A stretch of 61,756 nucleotides of DNA, counting the filler, from Actinomycetales bacterium (lineage in GTDB: Bacteria; Actinomycetota; Actinomycetes; Actinomycetales; CAVURS01): the NCBI GenBank assembly GCA_045807245.1. It is 3 parts of 3 records of this genome, joined end to end, with 100 filler letters (N's around TTAATTAATTAA, not from the genome) between each part and the next. Parts side by side here need not be neighbours in the genome. Positions count along the whole stretch, not along the records: positions 44,779 to 61,756 come from JBJMHS010000062.1; 2 more parts are not named here. One strand, given 5' to 3'. This document shows, one piece after another, positions 54,347 through 61,756 of the stretch. The notes beneath the pieces are model-generated. The model worked only from the letters and a program-made list of their open reading frames with translations. It had not been told where the DNA came from and did no database searches. Position 1 is the first letter of the stretch, and each line of letters begins with the position of its first letter. The position numbers were made by a program, and so were the translations under genes.

Positions 54347-54847
54347 TCAGCGAGCGCCGAGCGAGCGCCAGTAGTCGTTGAGCGCGCCGTTCGTCTTGAC
54401 GAACCAGATGATCGGGCCGACCAGGATCAGCGCGCCGGGGAAGCTCCACAGCCCGGTCGCCGCGGACACCGGCTTGGCCTGACCGCGACGGTGGTACAGC
54501 TCGCCCACCTCGCCGGACGTCAGGTAGGGCATCACGATGCCGGCCAGGATCGCGAGCAGCAGGGCGATGCCGCCACCGATGCCGACGCCGGAGTGCCGCT
54601 TCATCTCCTCGTGCGTCTTGAAGTACCAGTACCAGCCGTAGAACCCGAGGGTCACGATGAACAGCAGGATGCAGGTCCCCGTGCTGCGGACCTCGCCGAT
54701 CGACCCGGGCCCGCCCTGGTACGGCACGGGGTAAGCAGGCGGGGCGGCGGGATACGGGACCGGGTCCGGCGACGGTGGGGGTTGTTGCGGAGCCAGGTAC
54801 GGCGATGGGGGCTGTTGCGGGGTCTGTGGTGGCTCCGGCTCGCTCAC
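54347..54847 (-). CDS. DUF4234-like membrane protein
   Basis: Pro-rich N-terminus, LFIVTLGFYGWYW...LNDYW. Confidence 0.75.
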   Translation of the reverse strand: MSEPEPPQTPQQPPSPYLAPQQPPPSPDPVPYPAAPPAYPVPYQGGPGSIGEVRSTGTCILLFIVTLGFYGWYWYFKTHEEMKRHSGVGIGGGIALLLAILAGIVMPYLTSGEVGELYHRRGQAKPVSAATGLWSFPGALILVGPIIWFVKTNGALNDYWRSLGAR

Positions 54848-54888
54848 GGACCCGACCCTAGTGCCCCGGAACCTCAGGGCCCCGACAC

Positions 54889-56205
54889 CTAGCCGACGGG
54901 ACCCAGCACGCGGTCGAGGTAGGCGTTGCCGAAGGTCCCGGACGGGTCGAGCCGGGCCCGCACCTCGCGCCAGTCGGCCATCCGCGGGTACAGCCGCTCG
55001 AGCTCGGCGGCGTCCAGGTAGTGCAGCTTGCCCCAGTGCGGCCGGCCGTGCACGCCCCCGACGATGGACTCCACCGCCCGGAAGTACGGCTCGTGCTCGA
55101 GCCGGTGGAACTGGTGCACCGCCACATAGGCGGTCGCCCGCTCATAGGCCGTCGAGAGCCAGATGTCGTCCGGCGCGGCCACGCGGACCTCGATCGGGAA
55201 GGGGATCCGCTCACCGCTGCCGTCGATCCAGGCCTCGAGGGAGCGCAGCACGTCGACGAGCGACTCGCGCGGCACGGCGTACTCCATCTCGCGGAACCGC
55301 ACTCGCCGCGGTGAGCAGAACACCTTGTACGACGCGTCGACGTACTCGCGCGCGGTGAGCGCCCGGGTCGCGACGTTGTTGAGAGTCCGGGTGAACCGCG
55401 GCACCCGCGCCGTCAGGCCCTGGGTCCAGCCGAAGACGGTGTTGCTGAGCAGCTCGTCGTCCTTCCAGTGGCGGAACCGCGACAGGGGGCGGAGCCGGTC
55501 GCCGGCGGGGATCCGGTTGTTGCGCTTGGTCAGCGCGCGCTTGGTGTGCGGGAACCAGTAGAACTCGAAGTGGTCGTTGCCGTCCGCGAGCTCGTCGAAC
55601 CCCTCGAGCACCTCCTCCAGCGGCATCGGCGCCTCGACGGCCCGCAAGGCGAAAGCCGGGACGCACTGCAGGGTCAGGGCCGTGACGACACCGAGTGCAC
55701 CGAGCCCGATCCGGGCCGCCGCGAAGGTCCTCGGTGAGTCGGTGGCCGAGCACCGCACCAGCGTGCCCTGGGCGTCGACGAGCTCGAGCCCGATGATCTG
55801 CGTCGCCAGGCCACCCAGGGCGTGACCTGTGCCGTGCGTTCCGGTGCTCGTCGCGCCGGCCACGGTCTGCAGGTCGATGTCTCCGAGGTTGGCGAGCGCC
55901 AGCCCGTGCGCGTCAAGGGCGGCGTTCAGCGCGTGCAGAGGCATGCCGGCCTCGACCGTCACCTGGGCGCTCGGGACGTCGAGGGAGCGGATCTGCGCCA
56001 TCCGGTCCAGGTGCACCATCAACCCGTCGGTGGCCGCGACCCCGGTGAACGAGTGACCCGACCCCGCGGCCTTGACCTGCAGGCCTTGGGCCGCGGCCGC
56101 ACGGATGTCCTTGCCCAGCTCGTCGACGTTGGCCGGGTGGGTCTGGCGGACCGGATGGGTCAGCACGGTGCCCGACCAGTTCGACCAGCCCGGTTCACCC
56201 ACCAT
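54889..56205 (-). CDS. FAD-linked aldonolactone oxidase (ALO family)
   Basis: WSNWSG, GSGHSF, TGTHG, EMEY, FPIEVR, RPHWGK. Confidence 0.92.
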   Translation of the reverse strand: MVGEPGWSNWSGTVLTHPVRQTHPANVDELGKDIRAAAAQGLQVKAAGSGHSFTGVAATDGLMVHLDRMAQIRSLDVPSAQVTVEAGMPLHALNAALDAHGLALANLGDIDLQTVAGATSTGTHGTGHALGGLATQIIGLELVDAQGTLVRCSATDSPRTFAAARIGLGALGVVTALTLQCVPAFALRAVEAPMPLEEVLEGFDELADGNDHFEFYWFPHTKRALTKRNNRIPAGDRLRPLSRFRHWKDDELLSNTVFGWTQGLTARVPRFTRTLNNVATRALTAREYVDASYKVFCSPRRVRFREMEYAVPRESLVDVLRSLEAWIDGSGERIPFPIEVRVAAPDDIWLSTAYERATAYVAVHQFHRLEHEPYFRAVESIVGGVHGRPHWGKLHYLDAAELERLYPRMADWREVRARLDPSGTFGNAYLDRVLGPVG

Positions 56206-56228
56206 GGCCGGACTATAGATTCCTGGCC

Positions 56229-57437
56229 ATGGCGGCGGCGGCTCGGCGTACCCGGATCGCCGTCGCCGCAGCGTTCGCAACCCAGGGTCTCGGGTTCGCG
56301 GTACTCCTGACCCACCTGCCCGCGTTCAAGGACCGGTACGACGTGGGCGACGGTGTGGTCACGGCCGTGATCTTCGGCGTGGCGCTGCTCGCCGGAGCCG
56401 GTACGGCGCTCGCCGACCGAGTCAGCCGGTCCCATGGCAGCGGCACCGCGCTGCGGCTCAGCCTGGCCACCATCGGCGTCGCGGTCCTGGTCATCGGGCT
56501 GTCCCCGACGCTGCTGCCGTTCGTGGTCGGCTTCGCGGTGTACGGCATCGGCGTCGGGGGCGTCGACGCGTCGATGAACATGCAGGCCGTCGCCCTCCAG
56601 CACCGCTACGGGCGCAGCATCCTGACCTCGTTCCACGCGGCGTGGAGCGCCGGTGGGATCCTCGGCGCCCTCTATACGTCGGGCACCGAGAAGCTCGAGC
56701 TGTCGCTGCCCCTGGTGCTGACCGTTGCGGCCGCGGCCATCCTCGTCGTCTCCGGCTCCATCGGCGAACGCGTCGCCGCCTCGACCTCGGGCATCGTCAA
56801 CGAAAGCGATGGGGAGAACGGCGGGCCGGCCTGGCGCGACCCGCTCGCGTCACCCGGCACGGCACCGTGGCGGCCGATCCTGCTGCTCGGGCTCGCGGTC
56901 GTCTGCTTCTACGTCGCGGACTCCGGCACGTCGAGCTGGAGCTCGGACTTCCTGCACGAGGTGCTCGGCGCCTCCAAGAGCGTCGCGCCATTGGCCTTCG
57001 CGGGCTACACCGGCTCGTCCCTGGTGTCCCGGTTGGTGGGTGACCATGCCGTGCGGCGCTTCGGCGGCCCGGCGATCGTGCGGGTCGGCGGCGTCCTCGG
57101 TGCCGCCGGCCTGCTCCTGGTCGTTGTGGCGCAGCAGCCCCTCCTGGCGATCACCGGGTTCGCCGTGCTCGGCCTGGGCATCGGCGTCATCGCACCGCTG
57201 TCGTTCGCAGCCGCCGGTGAGCTCTCCCCGGGCAACGCCGACACCGTGGTGGCTCAGGTCAACGTCTTCAACTACGTCGGTTTCATCGCGGGCGGCGTCG
57301 TCGTCGGCCTGTTCGGCTCAGCCGGCGTTCTGCGCGGCGGCTTCGTCGTACCGCTGGTCCTTACGCTGGTCATCGTGGCGCTGGCACCGGTGTTCCATCC
57401 GGGCCACCGGTCCGCCGCCCTGGAGCTGGAGCGATGA
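56229..57437 (+). CDS. MFS transporter
   Basis: About 12 TM; DASMNMQ...SFHAAWSAGG; RLVGD. Confidence 0.9.
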   Translation: MAAAARRTRIAVAAAFATQGLGFAVLLTHLPAFKDRYDVGDGVVTAVIFGVALLAGAGTALADRVSRSHGSGTALRLSLATIGVAVLVIGLSPTLLPFVVGFAVYGIGVGGVDASMNMQAVALQHRYGRSILTSFHAAWSAGGILGALYTSGTEKLELSLPLVLTVAAAAILVVSGSIGERVAASTSGIVNESDGENGGPAWRDPLASPGTAPWRPILLLGLAVVCFYVADSGTSSWSSDFLHEVLGASKSVAPLAFAGYTGSSLVSRLVGDHAVRRFGGPAIVRVGGVLGAAGLLLVVVAQQPLLAITGFAVLGLGIGVIAPLSFAAAGELSPGNADTVVAQVNVFNYVGFIAGGVVVGLFGSAGVLRGGFVVPLVLTLVIVALAPVFHPGHRSAALELER

Positions 57438-58603
57438 GCGGCGAGTACGAGCGGTTGGAGAGCGCCACCGCCCATCTGGACCCGCCGTTCGCCGTCGTGG
57501 ACCTCAACGGGTTCGAGGCGAACGCCGCCGACCTGGCCCGACGGGCGCACGGGGTGCCGGTGCGGGTGGCCAGCAAATCGGTGCGGGTGCGCGACCTGGT
57601 CGACCGGGCGTCGCGCACCGCTGGGTTCGCTGGGGTGATGACGTACGCGCTGCGCGAGGCGGTCTGGCTGGCCCGCGCCGGTCACGACAACGTGCTCATG
57701 GGGTACCCCAGCGTGGACCGAGCCGCGCTGGCCGAGCTCGCGGCCGACGCGGAGCTGCGCGAGCGAGTCGTGCTGATGGTCGACCATCCGGCGCAGCTCG
57801 CGCTGGTCCGGGCGGCCGGCGCGACCGACGCAGCTCCCGTGGCCGTCTGCCTCGACATCGACTCCTCGCTGCGGGTCGGGCCGCTGCATCTGGGCGTCCG
57901 CCGCTCACCGATCCACACGCCGCAGCAGGCCGCCGACGCGGCCGCGGTCGTGCAGCGGGCAACGGGCGTCGAGCTGGTCGGGCTGATGTTCTACGACGCG
58001 CAGATCGCCGGACTGCCGGACGCGAACCCCGCCGTACGTGTCGTGAAGGCGAGGTCCGCTGCGGACCTGGGCTCACGCCGTACGGCGGTGCTCGACGCAG
58101 TGACGCGGGTGCTCGGGCGGACCCCCACACTGGTCAACGGCGGCGGCACCGGCAGCATCGAGGTGGACGCGGCCGACCCGGCGATCACCGAGGTAACCGC
58201 CGGCTCCGGGCTGTACTCGCCAGGCCTGTTCGACCGCTACCGGTCCTTCACCAGCCGTCCGGCCGCCTGGTTCGCGCTGCCGGTCGTCCGCCGGCCGCAC
58301 CCGCGCATCGCAACGGCATTCGGCGGTGGCTACGTCGCCTCGGGGCCGTCCGGCTCCTCCCGCCTCCCGCGGCCCACCTGGCCGACCGGGCTGTCCTTGC
58401 TCGGCGCCGAGGGTGCCGGCGAGGTGCAGACGCCGCTCTCCGGTGACGCGGCCAGCCGGCTGCAGCCTGGGGACCGGGTCTGGCTCCGGCACGCCAAGGC
58501 CGGCGAGCTGTTCGAGCGGTTCGATGTCGTCCATCTGGTCCGTGGGCGTCGGATCGAGCGGACCGTGCCGACGTACCGCGGCGAGGGCCAGGCGTTCGGC
58601 TAA
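57434..58603 (+). CDS. PLP-dependent fold-III (alanine racemase/D-amino acid aldolase-like) protein
   Basis: RVASKSVR, NGGGTGS, EVTAGSG, GAGEVQTP, RHAKAGE. Confidence 0.88.
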   Translation: MSGEYERLESATAHLDPPFAVVDLNGFEANAADLARRAHGVPVRVASKSVRVRDLVDRASRTAGFAGVMTYALREAVWLARAGHDNVLMGYPSVDRAALAELAADAELRERVVLMVDHPAQLALVRAAGATDAAPVAVCLDIDSSLRVGPLHLGVRRSPIHTPQQAADAAAVVQRATGVELVGLMFYDAQIAGLPDANPAVRVVKARSAADLGSRRTAVLDAVTRVLGRTPTLVNGGGTGSIEVDAADPAITEVTAGSGLYSPGLFDRYRSFTSRPAAWFALPVVRRPHPRIATAFGGGYVASGPSGSSRLPRPTWPTGLSLLGAEGAGEVQTPLSGDAASRLQPGDRVWLRHAKAGELFERFDVVHLVRGRRIERTVPTYRGEGQAFG

Positions 58604-59715
58604 GACCGCCAGATCAGCACGCACGCCCGGTCGTCGGACTCGCCGGCGCGGGCCAGGTCCACGATCCGCTGGGCGCCACCCCGGAAACCGCGGGTCACCA
58701 TGAGGTCGGCCTGGCCGAGCATGCGGTCGATGCCGACCGACAGGTCGCTGGAGCGGGCCTCCACGACGCCGTCCGTATAGAGCAGCAGGGCGTCCCCGAA
58801 CGCGAGCCGGCCGTGCTGCGCGGTGTAGCGGGCGTCCGGCAGGACGCCGAGCAGCGGCCCGCTCTCCGTGCTCAGCACCACCCAGCGGCCGGATCCGGAC
58901 TGGAAGTGCGCGGCCGGTGGATGCCCCGCCGTGTCGACCGTGAAGTCGCCGGTGTTGAGGTCGATGGCGACGTGGATGGCCGTCGCGAACCCCTCGGTCC
59001 AGCCCAGCCGCAGCAGGTAGTCGTTCGCAGCCGACAGGAACTGTCCGGACGGCAGGGCGCCGAGCAGACCGCCCATGGCGCCGGACAGCAGCAGGGCCCG
59101 CGTCCCGGCCGCGGCCCCCTTGCCCGACACGTCGACCAGCGCCAGCTCGAAGCTGTTGCCGTCCATCCGCCGGGTCGCGACGAGGAAGTCACCGGAGAAC
59201 TGGTCGCCGTACGCCGAGCGCAGGATCACCTCCGCGTGCCAGCGCGCCGGCAGCGGCGGCAGCTCGCCCTGGGCGCGCAGGCGGTCGCGCAGGTCAACCA
59301 GCATCGTCTCCCCCGTCGTGCCCTGGACGCCGAGCCGCCCCCGGCTGTGAGCGATCCAGATCATCAGCAGCGCCGTGACCGCGATCAGGTAGACGACGCT
59401 GCGCTGGAGGGGGAAACGTCCACCGTGGCGAGCGATGCCGACGTAGACCAACGCAGCGGCGATGACCACGAGGAGCAGGACCAGCGGCCGGACGGGCAGG
59501 AAGAACCCACCCAGCACCACGACGAGCAGGAAGATCGAGACCGGGATGTTGGTCGGATGGTCGACCGTCAGCGCGGCGAGGGCCACTGACATGACGGACA
59601 GGAGCAGCAGGGTGGGCCCCCACGTCGGGCCCCCCGTCCGGCGGAACCGACGGATCCGGCGCAACGCTCGCGCGCGCAGCCTGCGGGCGACGGCGGTCCG
59701 GTCACCGACTGTCAC
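58600..59715 (-). CDS. Membrane PP2C/SpoIIE-family phosphatase
   Basis: SGDF, DVSGKG, AGHPP, YTDGVVE, DDRA. Confidence 0.92.
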   Translation of the reverse strand: MTVGDRTAVARRLRARALRRIRRFRRTGGPTWGPTLLLLSVMSVALAALTVDHPTNIPVSIFLLVVVLGGFFLPVRPLVLLLVVIAAALVYVGIARHGGRFPLQRSVVYLIAVTALLMIWIAHSRGRLGVQGTTGETMLVDLRDRLRAQGELPPLPARWHAEVILRSAYGDQFSGDFLVATRRMDGNSFELALVDVSGKGAAAGTRALLLSGAMGGLLGALPSGQFLSAANDYLLRLGWTEGFATAIHVAIDLNTGDFTVDTAGHPPAAHFQSGSGRWVVLSTESGPLLGVLPDARYTAQHGRLAFGDALLLYTDGVVEARSSDLSVGIDRMLGQADLMVTRGFRGGAQRIVDLARAGESDDRACVLIWRS

Positions 59716-59789
59716 ACTCGGACCCTACTGGTCACCACGCCCGAGGAATTGCCTTGCTGGGCACACCCGCAGGCTTCCATGCTGACCGC

Positions 59790-61091
59790 ATGAGTGCTCC
59801 GCGCGGTCTACGGATCATCGCCCTGGGCCCGGAGCACCGCGACGAGGTCCTCCGGGTCGACCAGGCGGCGTTCGCCTTCCCGAGCACGGAGGTGGATGCC
59901 CAGCTCGACACGGCCCATTTCGAGTGGGACCGCACGTTTGCGGCGGTGCGCCCGTCCGTCGGTCCGCGCGAGCGGCCGGCCTCCGCCACCTGGTCCGAGG
60001 ACGAGGACCTCGCGGGGGTCATGACGTCGTACTCGCTGTCCCTCGCCGTGCCCGGTTGCGGGGCCGGCGTCCGGACGACCCCGGTCGCCGGCCTGTCCTG
60101 GGTCTCCGTCCACCCCGACCACCGCCGGCGAGGTGTCCTCACGGCGATGATCCGTCACCACCTGGAGGGTTTGCACGAGAGGGGCGAGGCGGTCAGTGGA
60201 CTGTTCGCCTCCGAACCGCTCATCTACCGGCGGTTCGGGTACGGCGAGTCGGCGTCGGGCGCGCGGCTCACCCTGGACCGGGGGTCGGCCCTGCGGCCGA
60301 TCGCCGGGGTCGACCAGGTGAGGACGACGCTCTCGCCGGCCGCCACCGAGGGCAACGTCGAGCTGGTGCACCAGGTCTTCGCGGACGCCGAGCGGCTGCG
60401 ACCGGGCCGGATCGACCGGCCTCTGGTCGCCACCCAGGGCCTGCTGCGGGACCGGCCCGAGCGTCACCCCGGGGTCGAGCTCGGCCAGCTCATCGTCGCG
60501 CGCCGGCAGGACCGGCCGACCGGCTACGCGTTCTTCCGCCGGGCGAACAGCTGGACCGCAGGCGGCATGCCCGACGGCACGGTGTCGGTGATCGAGCTGG
60601 TCGGGCTGGACGCGCCGTCGCTGCACGCCCTGTGGTCTCGCGTCCTCGACCTGGACCTGATGAGTCAGGTGAACACGCCGATCGTGGGCCTGGACGACCC
60701 GCTGCTCGCCTGGCTGGTCGACGCCCGCAGCGTGCCGCGCCGGACCGACGCGCTGTGGTTGCGGCTGGTCGACGTGGACCGGGCGATGACGGCGCGCGGC
60801 TACGCGGCCGACGTCGACGTCGTGTTCGAGCTCGCCGACGACCTGTGCCCCTGGAACGCGCGTCGTTGGCACCTCACCGCCGCCGGCGAGGAGGTGCGCT
60901 GCGTACCCACCACCGACGAGCCGGGCCTGCAGCTCGACACCCGGGACCTCGCCACGGCGTATCTCGGCGGCCCGTCACTGGCCTCGCTCGCCGATGCCGG
61001 CCTGGTGCTGGAGTGTCAGCCCGGCGCGGTCGCCGCGCTGTCGCGAGCGATGCGTGGCGCCGTGGAACCCGCCGTACCGCCCATGTTCTAG
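59790..61091 (+). CDS. Eis-like GNAT acetyltransferase
   Basis: VSVHPDHRRRGVL, ASEPLIYRRFGY, WLRLVDV, C-terminal Phe. Confidence 0.9.
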   Translation: MSAPRGLRIIALGPEHRDEVLRVDQAAFAFPSTEVDAQLDTAHFEWDRTFAAVRPSVGPRERPASATWSEDEDLAGVMTSYSLSLAVPGCGAGVRTTPVAGLSWVSVHPDHRRRGVLTAMIRHHLEGLHERGEAVSGLFASEPLIYRRFGYGESASGARLTLDRGSALRPIAGVDQVRTTLSPAATEGNVELVHQVFADAERLRPGRIDRPLVATQGLLRDRPERHPGVELGQLIVARRQDRPTGYAFFRRANSWTAGGMPDGTVSVIELVGLDAPSLHALWSRVLDLDLMSQVNTPIVGLDDPLLAWLVDARSVPRRTDALWLRLVDVDRAMTARGYAADVDVVFELADDLCPWNARRWHLTAAGEEVRCVPTTDEPGLQLDTRDLATAYLGGPSLASLADAGLVLECQPGAVAALSRAMRGAVEPAVPPMF

Positions 61092-61567
61092 CCTTCGCTC
61101 TCCGGGATCGGCGGCAGCTCGCCGCTGACTTCGTAGCGCTCGACCATGGCCAACCGTCGCTGGTGCCGCTCCTCCTCGGCGAAGTGCGTGGACAGGAACG
61201 TGTCGACGATCTTCGAGGCCAGCTCCGGGTCGGTCATGCGTGCACCGATCGAGACGATCTGCGCGTTGTTGTGCAGCCGGGCCAGCTTGGCCGTCTCCTC
61301 GCTCCAGCCCAGAGCGGCCCGGATGCCCTTCACCTTGTTGGCCGCCATCTGCTCTCCGTTTCCGGAGCCGCCGAGGACGATGCCGAGGTGCCCCGGCTCA
61401 ATCGACACGGCCTCGGCGCAGCGCAGGACCGCGACCGGGTAGTCGTCCTCCGCGTCGTAGTGGTCCGGGCCGTGGTCGATGACGTCGTGGCCCTGCGCCT
61501 GCAGGTGCTCCACCAGGTGCACCTTCAGGTCGTACGCCGCGTGGTCCCCGCCGATGTGCACATGCAT
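61088..61567 (-). CDS. rpiB: Ribose-5-phosphate isomerase B
   Basis: GGDHA, DDYP, GGSGNGE, ANKV, HNNA, RHQRR. Confidence 0.95.
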   Translation of the reverse strand: MHVHIGGDHAAYDLKVHLVEHLQAQGHDVIDHGPDHYDAEDDYPVAVLRCAEAVSIEPGHLGIVLGGSGNGEQMAANKVKGIRAALGWSEETAKLARLHNNAQIVSIGARMTDPELASKIVDTFLSTHFAEEERHQRRLAMVERYEVSGELPPIPESEG

Positions 61568-61624
61568 GCGCGCATCCTAGAAGCACGCTGGCTCAGTCGA
61601 ATGTCGTGCCGGAGGCGCGCTAGT

Positions 61625-61756
61625 TGTGATGTCCAGGCACGTTGGTCGAATCGGTGTGACGAGACGATCTGATGTTGTAGATGGGTGAAGACCTCCCGGT
61701 GTGGAGTGGAGCTGTCTAGAAACCGCTTCACGCCCAGGAGGTCTTCGTGTCTCACG
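61625..61756 (+). mobile_element. Left end of an IS481-family insertion sequence
   Basis: GCTAGT (NCTAGN target) then TGTGATGTCCAGGCACGTTGGT terminus; AGGAGG RBS and GTG TCT CAC (MSH...) at 61747. Confidence 0.75.

Overview
High-GC actinomycete draft genome made of three contigs joined by artificial N/TTAATTAATTAA spacers (31163-31262, 44679-44778), so adjacency across the spacers is not biological. Contig 1 carries the HspR-regulated dnaK-grpE-dnaJ-hspR operon with three HAIR operators and the 5' part of clpB. A GcoA/CYP255-like cytochrome P450 and a Rieske ferredoxin sit between hspR and clpB. The same contig holds two ~1200-aa secreted proteins sharing a duplicated BLIP-II/RCC1-type C-terminal propeller, an OmpR/HisKA two-component module flanked by Asp/His-rich secreted proteins, a TPP-riboswitch ECF transporter, the hut cluster and a frameshifted DUF222/HNH gene. 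Contig 2 has an acyl-CoA ligase, a PBP, an ECF sigma module, alkA/ogt, an L,D-transpeptidase-like gene, a cold-shock gene, a divergent FolP-like/RibD-like pair, an HD-GYP protein and the 3' end of a clpB. Contig 3 has a GGDEF-EAL sensor convergent with a FeeM/LuxI-fold acyltransferase-like gene, an AlkZ-like glycosylase, modABC, an ALO/MFS/racemase-like cluster, PP2C, Eis, rpiB and the left end of an IS481-family element. The best candidates for new biology are the P450-Rieske pair inside the heat-shock operon, the BLIP-II-tailed protein pair and the acyl-synthase/GGDEF-EAL pair. Family assignments come from motif recognition only; no searches were run.
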